Position numbers and translations under genes: made by a program. Below the pieces are notes generated by a model. That model worked only from the letters and a program-made list of their open reading frames with translations, was not told where the DNA came from and did no database searches. Below are positions 1-11,699 of a stretch of 64,000 nucleotides of DNA, piece after piece. Every line of letters begins with the position of its first letter. Within the stretch, counting starts at the first letter, position 1. The stretch is taken from the NCBI RefSeq assembly GCF_006345805.1, contig NC_043011.1, positions 37,832,464 through 37,896,463 of the forward strand. The letters are read 5' to 3'. The stretch comes from Octopus sinensis (lineage: Eukaryota).

Positions 1-463
1 AGTGTTGTTCTTGTTATATCACTTGTAACTTCTCCGTAAACAATAACACCAAAAACGACATCGAAACACCATTTTCTTTGATTTCCCTTGAGAAAGCTAC
101 ACCAGGTGTAAATCATATCTGTCCAGGTCATAGAGTTCATTTACTGTTGAAATTTTTATATACACTTTAGGCGTTAGTTAACGGGATTTTACTGGTAAAC
201 GAGGATATCATGCAAATGTGTGAATGGCTGCCATTGTTTCTTAAAAGGAAATGAAAATCAGAAACAGTTATTAACGTATTTAAATGTATGAAAATAGTTT
301 TCGTGCCAAAATTGGACGCTATCATTAATTTCAAATTCTACCGATATCAATTTTGACTTTCTAAGGTCAATAAAAAAATAACACATACCAGTGAAATAAA
401 CCGGTGGGTGGTTCGACTAATCTACTTTCCTCAAAAGTTGCCTAATTCATTCATCAGTAGCAG

Positions 464-479
464 CAGTGGCGGCAGCGGC

Positions 480-521
<42 letters not shown>

Positions 522-617
522 GTGGTGGTGGTGTGGTGGTGGTGGTGATAGTAGTGGCGATAGTAGTAGTAGTAGTAATAGTAGCAGTAGTAGTAGTAGT
601 AGTGGCGGTAGTAGTAT

Positions 618-651
<34 letters not shown>

Positions 652-658
652 TGTGGTG
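464..658. repeat. (GTA)n/(GTG)n trinucleotide microsatellite
   Basis: Direct reading: gtagtagta... and gtggtg runs; forms the tail of the adjacent minus-strand RLE LINE fragment. Confidence 0.95.
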
Positions 659-669
659 TATTTTACTTC

Positions 670-1075
670 TGAGAGTTCTCGATCTCATTTACTCGAGTTA
701 ATTCAGCAACCACTTACCAAAGGTTTCACAAATTCTCTCAAGTTGTCATTCCTCATATGATAAGAATTGGTTCCTAAATATTAAGTATCGTGGAAGATAC
801 TTGCCATCCAATACCATTCTCCAAATTCTTTGCTATCCCCAGTAGGGTAGTTTTTTTCTTCATTTTTTAAGCATGTTCTACCCTCCTATCTATTCCAATT
901 TCTCCAACGTACTTCTCCAACTTGGTTGTTAGTGCTCCGAGTACCCCTGCGTCTCCTGGGATAACAGTTGCTCTCTTCATTGCCCACTTTCTTGAAATTT
1001 CATCCTTTAGTAATTTGCATTTTTTCACATTTTCCAGCTCTTTATCGCCTTCTCGTTCATCCTCAGCTATGACAA
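670..1075 (-). mobile_element. 3' end of an R4/Dong-like non-LTR retrotransposon (restriction-like endonuclease C-terminus), decayed
   Basis: ORF 867-1139 reads ELENVKKCKLLKDEISRKWAMKRATVIPGDAGVLGALTTKLEKYVGEIGIDRRVEH and continues out of frame as KTTLLGIAKNL, matching the RLE C-terminal pattern (K..KY..L..EI.R.W....V.P...GALG....LEKY...RVEHLQKT.LLGT.RIL). Confidence 0.8.
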
Positions 1076-1111
1076 TAATATAATCATAGCTTCCTTTTAC
1101 TTTATTATTAT

Positions 1112-1285
1112 TGCGGCTAGCTGGCAGAATCGTTAGCACGCCGGGCTAGATGCTTAGCAGTATTTCGTCTGCCGTTACGTTCTGAGTTCACATTTCGCCG
1201 AGGTCGACTTTGCCTTTCATCCTTTCGGGATCGATAAATTATGTACCAGCTACGCACTGGGGTTGATCGAATTGACTGGCCAGTG
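1112..1285 (+). mobile_element. SINE family A (tRNA-derived, OR1/MetaSINE-like), tail-less copy
   Basis: A-box tggcagaatcgttag, B-box-like gagttcacatttc, central gtcgactttgcctttcatcctttcgggatcgataaatt; same sequence recurs more than 12 times in the window. Confidence 0.85.
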
Positions 1286-1415
1286 CTGAGAGAAAGCACG
1301 AACAACTTGCTGCAAAGCAGCACTCAACAATCAAAACCTCACAAAAGCAACTCAACAGACAAAAGATACCAAGAAAAACTACTACACTCGCTCGAAGTGA
1401 TTAGACTTTGGCATC

Positions 1416-2397
1416 TGTTTATTTATTACCCATGCGGGCCAACATAGAGGGGATAGCATAACATGACCTGGGTCACATACAATGATATAATAAAATTTTA
1501 CGAGTATAATGAAATCGAATGAGTTACAACAATAAATTACAAACAACAAATTGCAAACAATAATTTACATGATGAGGTGTTCGAAACAGGTATGCTCCGG
1601 CCCCACGAGCCCTGTCTTTAACACCGACTTCCTGTTAGTCCCACAGGCGTGCTCACGCAGGGCCTTTCACTACCAACATGCGTGTTACACACGTCCACCT
1701 CTTTTCCAGCCCCACCTTCCTTTTCAAGTGAAAAGTGAATATTTTCACGAGGGCGAGGCCAGAGATGCAGGTGTGAGTCACGATACCTTTCATTCTCGAC
1801 TTCCATATCACATCTTTCGCTATTGCTACTACCACGAGAAAGCAATTCTTACCTTTTTCCGTCAGGAAATCCGGCGGGTTAATTTTTACAATTGACTCAG
1901 CCGATGCCTGTGCTCTTCTCCCATCTGACAATAGACGTTCCACATAAACCCACACTTCTGAAATACCGGGACGCTGAACAATAGCGTGCAGGAAGGTTTC
2001 CACGCCCCACCCGCATCTTGGATTGGCCGTCAACCCAGGGTGGCCGTGTCTTGTGTGTTTATCCCGGGCTGGGCTCTGCGGTAACAATGCCGGGCCAAAG
2101 ACTTTTGGAAGTTATCCAGTGTCATCGGTCCGAACATTCTTCGGAACAGACTGTATAACCAGTCTTCTCTACCACTAAATCTAGTAAAGCTGGGGAACAT
2201 CCGTCTAGCAAGCCGAGACCACATCCGTTCACCATCCAGGTAGAGCCAGAGATGCCCCAACCTCAGCGCATGCTTGCGCATCAACAACCAAGGCATCCCT
2301 AACCCACCCTTTAACGGCTTTTGACAACAGATAGAACGTCTTTCAAGTGGAGCGGAGTTCTTCCACAAAAAGCGAAAGATCTGCCTCTCCGAACTGG
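1416..2397 (-). mobile_element. 5'-truncated Tx1/L1-clade LINE (ORF2 C-terminus plus 3' UTR) with 15-bp TSD
   Basis: Overlapping minus ORFs give PLERRSICCQKPLKGGLGMP (L1/Tx1 GGLG motif), PRCGWGVETFLHAIVQ (CCHC knuckle remnant) and AIAKDVIWKSR; exact direct repeat ttagactttggcatc at 1401-1415 and 2398-2412; aataaa 2-3 nt from the 3' end. Confidence 0.9.
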
Positions 2398-2761
2398 TTA
2401 GACTTTGGCATCGATCGTTACAGGACGAGGATTCTGGAAGATTTTTCCAGTGTTATTACTTAATTTTTGAGAGTGGTTGGGTTCATTTTTACTATTCCCG
2501 TTTGTAAGAACGGTCGAGTTTATTTCAGTTATTCTCATTTTAAAAATCATCTCCGGCTCATCGTTGAGAGAACGCTGGTGTTGCCTTGGCAGTGGTGTGC
2601 GCTCTTCCAGTGCTTGTTTATATTAACACCATTATCATTTCTTACTAAATAAAATATTTTCCGTAATTCTCAAATCATATCTAAAAAACATGGGTTAGGA
2701 ATTCTGTGGTTTCATTTTGTGAGAAGAACATGTGATATTTCATTATTTACTCACTTATCAA

Positions 2762-3120
2762 AGGCGGCGAGCTGGTAGAAACGTTAGCGCGCTGGACGAA
2801 ATGCTTAGCCGTATTTCGCCTGCCGCTACGTTCTGAGTTCAAATTCCGCCGAGGTCGACTTTGCCTTTCATTCTTTCGGGGTCGTTTAAATAAGTACCAG
2901 TTACGCACTGGGGTCGATATAAACTACTTAATGCGTTTGTCCTTGTTTGTCCGTTCTGTGTTTAGCACCTTGTGTGTAGTAAAGAAATAGGTATTTCGTC
3001 CGTCGCTATGTTGTGAGTTCAATTTCCGGCGAGGTCTCTGTTACCTTTCACCGTTTAGGGGTCGATAAAATAAGTACCTCTTCTCCCAAATTTGCTACCT
3101 GTGTGGCAAAATTTGAAATC
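2762..3120 (+). mobile_element. SINE family A, dimeric copy
   Basis: ggcggcgagctggtagaaacgttag head, body, tail ...gtagtaaagaaatag, then a second headless body starting gtatttcgtc. Confidence 0.9.
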
Positions 3121-3907
3121 GTTGTTTACTTAATTATGACAAGGTAATTGTATAACAATCTTCAGAATCTTTCGGACAAGATTAGTAAATACAACACGTA
3201 TGTTATAAGTCCGACGAAATAAAAATTTCATCTTCATAGAATGCTAAATAAAATTTTAAAATTCGTGCAGTAATCGGACTAAAATAGCAAAAGCCGCGCA
3301 TTTTTGAGTGTTCTCAATTGTTAGCCAAATTAAAGAATCCTTATAAAAAGAATACTGTGAGATTAGGAGAGAGGCGATGCGAAGTGTTGCTGAATCACAA
3401 AAGTGGAATATTTCATTTCCAAAAATGTCATTATATTAGCAATCAACAGAATTTAATTATCGACAAGTAACCTTTCCTGGAAAATTGATGCCAGTATGAC
3501 TAGTTTTTTTTTTTTTATATATTACCATAATTTTTCATGCAAAGTATAAAATGAGGAAGAGTTATGTTTACGAAATCTATATGTTTTTTTTTAAGTAAAT
3601 GTTTTCACTACTGGAAAAAATATGTGTTCTGATAACTCCTCGACAACGAAATTGAAGTAAAACAGCTTCGCCAGCAAGCCTTGCTGTCATGTTGAGCGTT
3701 TAAACCGCATAGCAACACGTTGTGATTGTAATATTTAAGTTTAGAACTCGACATTAATATCAACAGCAACAACCATAATGATAACATTACTACTACTACT
3801 ACTAATTATAATAATAATAATAATAATAACTTCATTTATTTACCAGAAAGGCGAAGGATGAGGAGACAATACAATGACATATAATGTGTGGGGGTTTAAT
3901 GATGATG

Positions 3908-3940
<33 letters not shown>

Positions 3941-5779
3941 GGAAAGTGTGAAACGTAATTTTGTAAATTAAATTTCAAAAAACTACACATTAATGAGTCG
4001 AATATGTATACACACACATAAACACACACACACACGAATACAGACGCGCGCACGCGCTCGTATGCATACTCCAATCATAAGCTGTAGTAAGAGTCGTTGT
4101 CAGGTTTCTCAACCAACATTGATCATCTAACGGTTTTCTATTCATAAAATTCGAATTTGGAAGAAGTGATTTTCATTCAAACTAAAAGTGTGTGTTAACT
4201 GACTGCGGTTCTTTAATTTTTTTCTTGAAAAATGGATGGATGAGACTGCATCAGAACTATAGTAGCGCAGTGACAGAATCCTTAAAGAGTGAAATAGAGT
4301 GCCTGTCAGCAATTACTTCGATACTTTGAGTTCAAATCCTACTGAATTTAACTTTGCTTTTTAGACTCTATTCAGAGCCAATTTCAGTAAAATTCGGAAC
4401 AGAGGTTTAGTAGAAGGTAGAGATCGTCGGAGAGAAAGTCTTTCCCGTATTTGCCCCGGTCTATCATATTTTGATTTCAAATCCTAAATTCATACTTTTA
4501 ATCCTTTACCACGATAAAAAAATACTACGTGGAACTTACTATACACAAGTAGCGAGAACCACCTCTTCTACACGTCATATCTAGGAAGCTCTGTAAAAGA
4601 TCTGGGGCACTGACTCCTCTCTCGAGTAAAAATTGAATATATTGAAGATAAAATAAAATGTTTGAAAATTTTCTAAATCAGATATTAAACCGAAATAATT
4701 CCAGCAAGAACCATTGCTTATAACAAGCAGTTTTAGAACCATAAATTATATTTTTAATATTTGAGAGCCTAAAGTGTAGAAGTTTTTTATATGTTTTTTT
4801 TACGCATCTCTTATATAGGGATAATCGATAAAGGAATTGAGAGTTAAGAAGTTAATATTCGGTAATGCTGAAAACTGACATAAATTTAGCAGAAAATATG
4901 TTGGTGTGGCCGGGTGCTTCAGAAAATTTCAGGTTGGTCGAGTAAAAGAAGAAACAAATGGAAAAAGTCTTGCATACGTTGAAAATTTAAGAGTTAAACT
5001 AAATGAATTTAATCTTACGATGTAAAACTGAAAATATGAAGAAAAAATAAAATCATTCTATGTCAAAAATAAATAGGAAATTAATGTGAAGACAAATTAA
5101 TTTCCTGTAAAAATCATGTTTCCAAAAAGTCGTTATTGAATTTGTCATATTTCTCTTACTCGAAAGACACCAGTCATTGTAAGCTTGTCTCCTTGAATAC
5201 GTTCTTACTGAACAAGTTTCACACAACATAGAGAAGACACTCCTGGATCACTATAATAGTGAGTTCATCGAACGAAGTATCTTCAGCATTAAGATCTAAC
5301 TCTGAATTTGTCATTAATTTTTATCAGTTCGATTCCTAAAAAAATAACAGTGAAATGTCTTTTATTAAATCAATATATTTTGGTCAGAACACAGATAAAA
5401 CGCAACTAGAGAATCTAAAACTTTAAAAATGAAATAATGACATTTTAAAGTTCTAAAACAAGAAACACATGTAAGACTTTAAAATATGCCTAGATAAAAT
5501 AAATCCAATTAGTGTGTAAACTGTGTTCCTATACGGATCATTCCATATACAATAGCTCTGGAGAATCAGCGTATGTCATAATGAAGCACTTGAAATTCTT
5601 GCATCAATCATGTGCGACTAGTGTCAATTTAGCCAACGTTTTAAAAGCCTCCAACTTGACATATCGACTGGATTTCAACAAACCCTCGTAACTTTCAGAA
5701 AAGTTATTATTGGTAAATAATGTAATTTGATGTCTTCATTCTATAGAAAAACAAACACACTCATAGAGAGTACCCGTAG

Positions 5780-5887
5780 ACATATATGTATGTATGTATG
5801 TATGTATGTATATGTGCGGTATATGTGAATATGCATATATCTATGCATACAAATATATATAAATATATATTAATGTTGGTGCATGTA

Positions 5888-5957
<70 letters not shown>

Positions 5958-6010
5958 TGCTGGTGCATGTATGCATACATATATATATATATATATACGT
6001 ACACATACAC
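5780..6010. repeat. (TA)n/(TATG)n microsatellite cluster, representative of dozens of similar tracts in the window
   Basis: Direct reading; similar tracts at about 7100-7230, 7650-8230, 33800-34090, 35270-35520, 48770-48970, 57900-58180. Confidence 0.95.
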
Positions 6011-6423
6011 ATATGTTATAAATAGCACACACAAACATACACTCTCACACAAACACATATATCCGGAGGAGAAACAAACAGTGAGGGAAAGAGAGAATGA
6101 AAGAGAACAGGCACGTGGTAAGAGTACCTCTACATGTATTAAGAGCAGGTCTACATATTTTGCAAAGAAATAAAATCGTAGTATGAAGCATGGTATAGTT
6201 GATGACATAAGGTGAGAAGGAGAGCTATATAAGAAATGTAACTTTGGAAACAAGGTTTTCGGTACTCCCACTTCACGATTCGAAACCGTCACTAATCATG
6301 CCTGGCCTTGACCATGAACAGCATTTGTCCAATCATTGTGTCTGTATTTCTTGTTTATATAATGAACAGTTCATTTTTCAAAGCGGCAGTATCTAATTTG
6401 AGAAGCTTTGTGTGCTATTTCTT

Positions 6424-6655
6424 ATTTCTTTATTGCCCACAAGGGGCTAAACACAGAGGGGACAAACAAGGACAGACAAAGGGATTAAGTCGATTACATC
6501 GACCCCAGTGCGTAACTGGTACTTAATTTATCGACCCCGTAAGGATGAAAGGCAAAGTCGACCTTGGCGGAATTTGAAGTCAGAACGTAACGGCAGAAGA
6601 AATGCCGCTGGGCATTTCGCCCGGCGTGCTAACGGCTCTGCCAGCTCGCCGCCTT
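6424..6655 (-). mobile_element. SINE family A, full monomer
   Basis: Reverse complement of the consensus from cccacaaggggctaaacacagagggg to gccagctcgccgcc. Confidence 0.9.
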
Positions 6656-6991
6656 TCTTGTGTGTCATTTCTAGATAGCAAAGGAACCACGGAAAAGTCT
6701 CGTTGGTGCCTCTGGATTGACTCGATAAGCGAGACATAGGGGAAGACTAGTATTTTATAATATATATTTTGAATACATACAATCGTACTTACCAGAGCAG
6801 GTTTTTCAATAGTTGTTATGTACATAAAATCATCGGCTGTTGTGACAATTTGCACCTTCTGCGATGGGTATTAAATTTGGATTCAGGTCTACATCGGTTC
6901 TTCAAGGAAGCGTTTCATTGCATTGTTAACGCAAATCAAAAGCAGTAACCGTACGTCGAACTATACAGAGAGAGAGACTAATATATCATTG

Positions 6992-7090
6992 CGTGACACC
7001 ATAGGCAAGTGTCTTCTACTATAGTCTCGGACCGATCGCAGACTTGTGAATGGATTTGGTAGACGGAAACTGAAAGTAATCTGTCATATA
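6992..7090 (+). mobile_element. SINE family B (tRNA-derived, OR2-like) fragment
   Basis: ggcaagtgtcttctactatagtctcggaccga...tggatttggtagacggaaactgaaag shared with the full copies at 12926 and 59548. Confidence 0.75.
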
Positions 7091-7122
7091 CATACATATA
7101 TATACATACACACACATCATAC

Positions 7123-7186
<64 letters not shown>

Positions 7187-7227
7187 CACACACATCATAC
7201 ATACATGTATATATATATATATATATA

Positions 7228-7414
7228 ACGGGAGCACTTTATGAAAATAAACAAAAGACGAAGGCAGGTCGAATATAAGCAAACAATTATATTATTATGA
7301 CGCTCAGGAATATAAATAAATCAAGTCTTTTACGTTTCGAGCCTACGCTCTTCAACAGAAAGATAGACAGAAAAGAAACACGGAGAGAAACAATGAGAGA
7401 AAAAATATATCCTG

Positions 7415-7420
<6 letters not shown>
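7228..7420 (-). mobile_element. Short Penelope-type terminal-repeat fragment with degenerate hammerhead-like motif
   Basis: Minus strand tcttt-ctgttga-a-gagc gtag gctc-gaaac-gta-aaaga; related sequence at 13112-13197 and 37590-37692. Confidence 0.5.
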
Positions 7421-7459
<39 letters not shown>

Positions 7460-7694
7460 TATATAGGACGAAGCCTATCATATATATGAAGGCGGAATTT
7501 GAACTCAGAACCTAAAGACGAAGAAAGTGCTGCCAACATTTTGCGCGTCGCACGTTAATACTTCTGTTATAACGCCATTCGTTCTCGCTTCTCTCACTCT
7601 TTTATTTTCTCTCTCTTTCTGTCTCTGTCTCTCTTCCTGTCTTTCTCCCTGTGCGTGTGCATATATATATATATAATATATATACACATACGTA

Positions 7695-7745
<51 letters not shown>

Positions 7746-8088
7746 GCATAAACACATACCGACCTACATATACATATAGATGTATGTGTGCGTTTGCATG
7801 CACGTGTGTGTCAGTGTGTGAGTGTTTGTGTGTGTGCCTGCCTGCGTGTTTTCATCGAAAGATAATGTTTTATGAAAACTATGAATCATAAAATAATATA
7901 TACTAAACATCTATACGTAAGTGTATGGGAGTAGGCAAATACACCAAAGAACAAACGAAACATAAATATATAAATTTAAAAAATTATATATATCTATATG
8001 TGTGTATATATATATATACATATATATATCAATATATATATATATATACGTATAAATATGCATATATATACATATACATATATACTTA

Positions 8089-8172
<84 letters not shown>

Positions 8173-8229
8173 TAGACACACACATATATGCATATATACA
8201 TATATATGCACATAGATGCATACACTCAC

Positions 8230-9330
8230 TTCTAAATGGATAAATAGATTTACGATTGCGTTCGTTGACATAGTGAATACAATTGATTTTGGTGATATTG
8301 AAACAAAATATAATTTCATTTCTGCAAGGTAAGTAAATAGCGGTGCATTGTTCTCAGAGCAGACATTTTTCAAAAAGGACGTTGGATTTCCAAACACAAT
8401 AGAATAATGATGGTAGATCTGTATAATGAATTGCTTTGCTGTGTAGCGATGGGCGGGGACTGTTATTGGAGCGTTTTGGCGTTTTTATACAATTGTTATT
8501 CTGGTTTTAGGTTGTGATGATGGTGATGAATTTGATTGTAGTTGTAGTGGTGGTTGTGGTGGTCGCGGTTGTGATGGTAGGGCTTGCTTTCTTGAGTTTT
8601 TGCTGTTCCTGTTTTTTTTCTTTTTTTTTCGCTCTAGGTGACTCTTATTCAAGCAGAACAATTATGAAAACCATTCTTGTTGAGGTTATTTTGAATTAGC
8701 CCCGGGAACCTGGTGCGTCATTGTACAAATCTTCCTTTAGAAAACAGAAAGTGCCTAGTCTCCGATTTAAAGGAAATTTTTGTTGGCAATTTTATCATTT
8801 TGAGGGAACACGTACAGACTCCTGCTGATAAAGGTGACGGCACTAATTTTTCTGTAATGGTGAAGGCACTAATTTGTATGGATTTCTGTCCCTGATTTGT
8901 TTGTCCTTGTCGTCGTTCCTGATGCTGTTTTTTCCCATATGATATCTAATGAAGCAAGCCAACAATGATAAAATGCTTCCATATTGTGACCACCACAAGT
9001 GAGACCAAAACGACCGACTATCAAAAATTGTTATTAATGGCAGCACTGCAATTCTTGGTGCTGGTGTGTCTCTGAGCAGAATATCTGGAGTCCATGAAAC
9101 CGCCGATGTAGTTCTTATTTCTATTTCTATATGCTCAGGCTTTTTCCCGCGCCTCGTGGCATATGTAGTATATTCAAAATTGTACTTTAATATAATTATT
9201 GGGCTTTTATGTGCCTCTAGAGGTTTGGAAGTGATTTTCACGTTTGGGTGTAGCAATATAATGGCGTCGAGTAATGCTGCAGTAATAAACTCCCTTTCAC
9301 ATCTACAGCTTGTTATTTTCTTTTAGTATT
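8230..9330 (-). mobile_element. Decayed L1/Tx1-type ORF1 remnant
   Basis: ORF 8843-9256 and neighbouring frames give an RRM-like, protein-like stretch followed by low-complexity sequence, similar in style to the ORF1s at 11.7 kb and 18.4 kb; no ORF2 seen. Confidence 0.4.
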
Positions 9331-9789
9331 TTCTTCGTTGTATACATGATATGCAAATGTAAACTGAGTAAAAAAAGGTTGTACGTAGCTATGCGTTTTG
9401 TGATAGATTTTATTTTAAGTTTTCAATAACTTTTATTGTGTACGTTCCGTATATGTTTGCCTTACGTGCAAACTCTGGTGACAATTCCTTTTGCTCTTTT
9501 GTATGATGTGTTGTGAGTTTTGTTAATTACTTTTGACTTATAAGTGCTATACGTGTTGCCGGTGTAAAACCTGATATGTCACGTGCTATGTTGTATATTT
9601 TATAGTGCACTTCGTTCATTTTATCCTATTTTCGTTCGCCATATGTTATACTTCGTATTGAGCTACATTCCTCACAACGCTTTGGTTTCTTTACTGTGTT
9701 TTACGAATGTAGCAAGCGTCTTGGGTGTGACGTACTGTAGTATTTGTGGGTATTGCACGTATATAGATCGAGTCGAGAAGCAAAACAGT

Positions 9790-10860
9790 CGAAATGGGGC
9801 GTCCTGTATTCGGTTTGTTTCCCAACTGTGAATTTTATCTACATATTTGTTTGTTCCTTTTGATAATATTCCAACTGCGCCAATGGAAGTAGGTAATGAT
9901 GTTACTTTGAGATGCCACAGTCTTCCGATTTCTATTTCCAAGTCTATATATTGAGTTGTTTCCTGAAACGGTTTCAACGATTTGGCTTATTTTTTATATT
10001 TCTACTCTTCAGCTGGGGTTCCAACCTCAGTCGAAAGGCAACACACTTTCAATATGATTTTTCATATCTCCTCAATCAGCTTCACTTTCCTGATCTGTCT
10101 AAGCAATAAAATTCCAAAGGAAAGTAACGTTAGCCTTCTGAGCTATTTGTGGTGTTTTGGCTTGCCTCAATTATGTACATGAGGGAGGTTGTATAGACCG
10201 TATATTGATCAGTGTATATATTGACCTGCCATATCTTGCAAATACTCTTTTGGTGCCAGCCGACCACACACAAAGATCATTTGGTGTTTTCCGCATACGC
10301 GGCACGATTGATTAATTTCATGTTTCACAACATTTCACTAGTAATTCCTAATTGGTAGATACTAATCTCGAGTAGTCACACTATACATCTTGAGACCTAT
10401 TTCTGTACTACCCACAATGGGCTAAACGCAGAGAGGACAAACAAGGACAGACAAACGGATTAAGTCGATTATATCGACCCCAGTGCGTAACTGGTACTTA
10501 TTTAATCGACCCCGAAAGGATGAAAGGCAAAGTCGACCTCGGCGGAATTTGAACTCAGAATGTGAAGACAGACGAAATACCGCTAAGCATTCCGCCCGGC
10601 GTGCTAACGATTCTGCCAGCTTGCCGCCTTGAGACTAGGGTATGTAAACCACCGATAGGCGAAAGTTTGCGCCACATCAAGTTCCGTGACGCCAATCGGC
10701 TATTTTGCAATGCAATAGATTTTGCTGCCATTTCACCTTAGTGTACTGGAAGCTGGTTTGTTTAGCTGTGTCTTTATTTGTTTGCCCTATCCTTTAGCTA
10801 CACATTTCCTTTGGTTACTTGTTAGTCTAACTGCTTTTCTAAAAGGTACATAATTGCAGC
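9790..10860 (-). mobile_element. R4/Dong-like LINE fragment (RT thumb, CCHC knuckle, RLE), interrupted by a SINE
   Basis: Manual translation: KVKWQQNLLHCK (about 10.7 kb), SCRVCGKHQ...LAPKEYLQDMAGQYIH*SI (about 10.2 kb), ANVTFLWNFIA*TDQ..., YIDLEIEIGRLWHLKVTSLPTSIGAVGILSKGTNKYVDKI (ORF 9672-9977). Confidence 0.8.
10400..10632 (-). mobile_element. SINE family A nested in the R4/Dong-like fragment
   Basis: Full monomer, ctacccacaatgggctaaacgcagagagg to gccagcttgccgcc. Confidence 0.9.
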
Positions 10861-10930
10861 TTCCTTCACTAATAGAAACCGTTTACTGCTACTACTACTC
10901 CTACTCCTCCTCCTCCTCCTCCTCCTCCTC

Positions 10931-10966
<36 letters not shown>

Positions 10967-10975
10967 TTATCATTA

Positions 10976-11372
10976 TTGCCTCTGCACAACTTCTAACGCT
11001 GGAGATGTACTACGCTGTCAGCTGTTCACTACCAGTGAACTAAGGGAATACCTCTTATTTTTTCGAGCACCTTCCGGAGTATTCGACCAGTTCCGAGCAA
11101 TGCTGTTTTCTGCAAGTGCTCCACCCTTATTGCAGCCCCTATTTGTTGCACGTACTTCTCAAGATTTTTGCTCACTGTTCCCAGGGCTCCGACAATTATT
11201 GGTACTATTGCTACATTTTTCATCGACCACAGCTGCTTAACTTCCCAAGCTAACCTGTCATATCTCTCGAATTTTCTTTCTTCCTTATCGCATATACTGT
11301 TGTCAACTGGCTATGCTATATCTATGATACAGCATAGTTTGTTTTCTTTCTCAATTAAGACTATGTCCGCCT
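10976..11372 (-). mobile_element. R4/Dong-like LINE 3' end (RLE domain), flanked by (TAA)n/(TAG)n
   Basis: ORF 11029-11223 KNVAIVPIIVGALGTVSKNLEKYVQQIGAAIRVEHLQKTALLGTGRILRKVLE; upstream frame gives DIVLIEKENKLCCIIDIA..VDN; (tac)n on the left and (tta)n on the right. Confidence 0.92.
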
Positions 11373-11379
11373 TGTTATT

Positions 11380-11443
<64 letters not shown>

Positions 11444-11467
11444 TACTATTATTATTATTGCCAATAT

Positions 11468-11600
11468 TACTGAGTGAGAGAGCAGTGCATCCAAGTGACA
11501 TTGGGATACAAATATATGAAACCCAATATAGCCATCATGACTACCCGTCTGATAAGAGTACACCAGGCACAAGCCTCACAACCGTATGTGCGTGACTTTA
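11468..11600 (-). mobile_element. 3' end of an unclassified retroposon family ending in (AAT)n; second copy at 19985
   Basis: tgagtgagagagcagtgcat...ccatcatgactacccgtctgataag...accaggcaca shared with 19985-20115. Confidence 0.6.
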
Positions 11601-11604
11601 TTAC

Positions 11605-11652
<48 letters not shown>

Positions 11653-11699
11653 CATTATTATTATTATTATTATTTATTGTTCTTCTTCTTATTCAGTAA

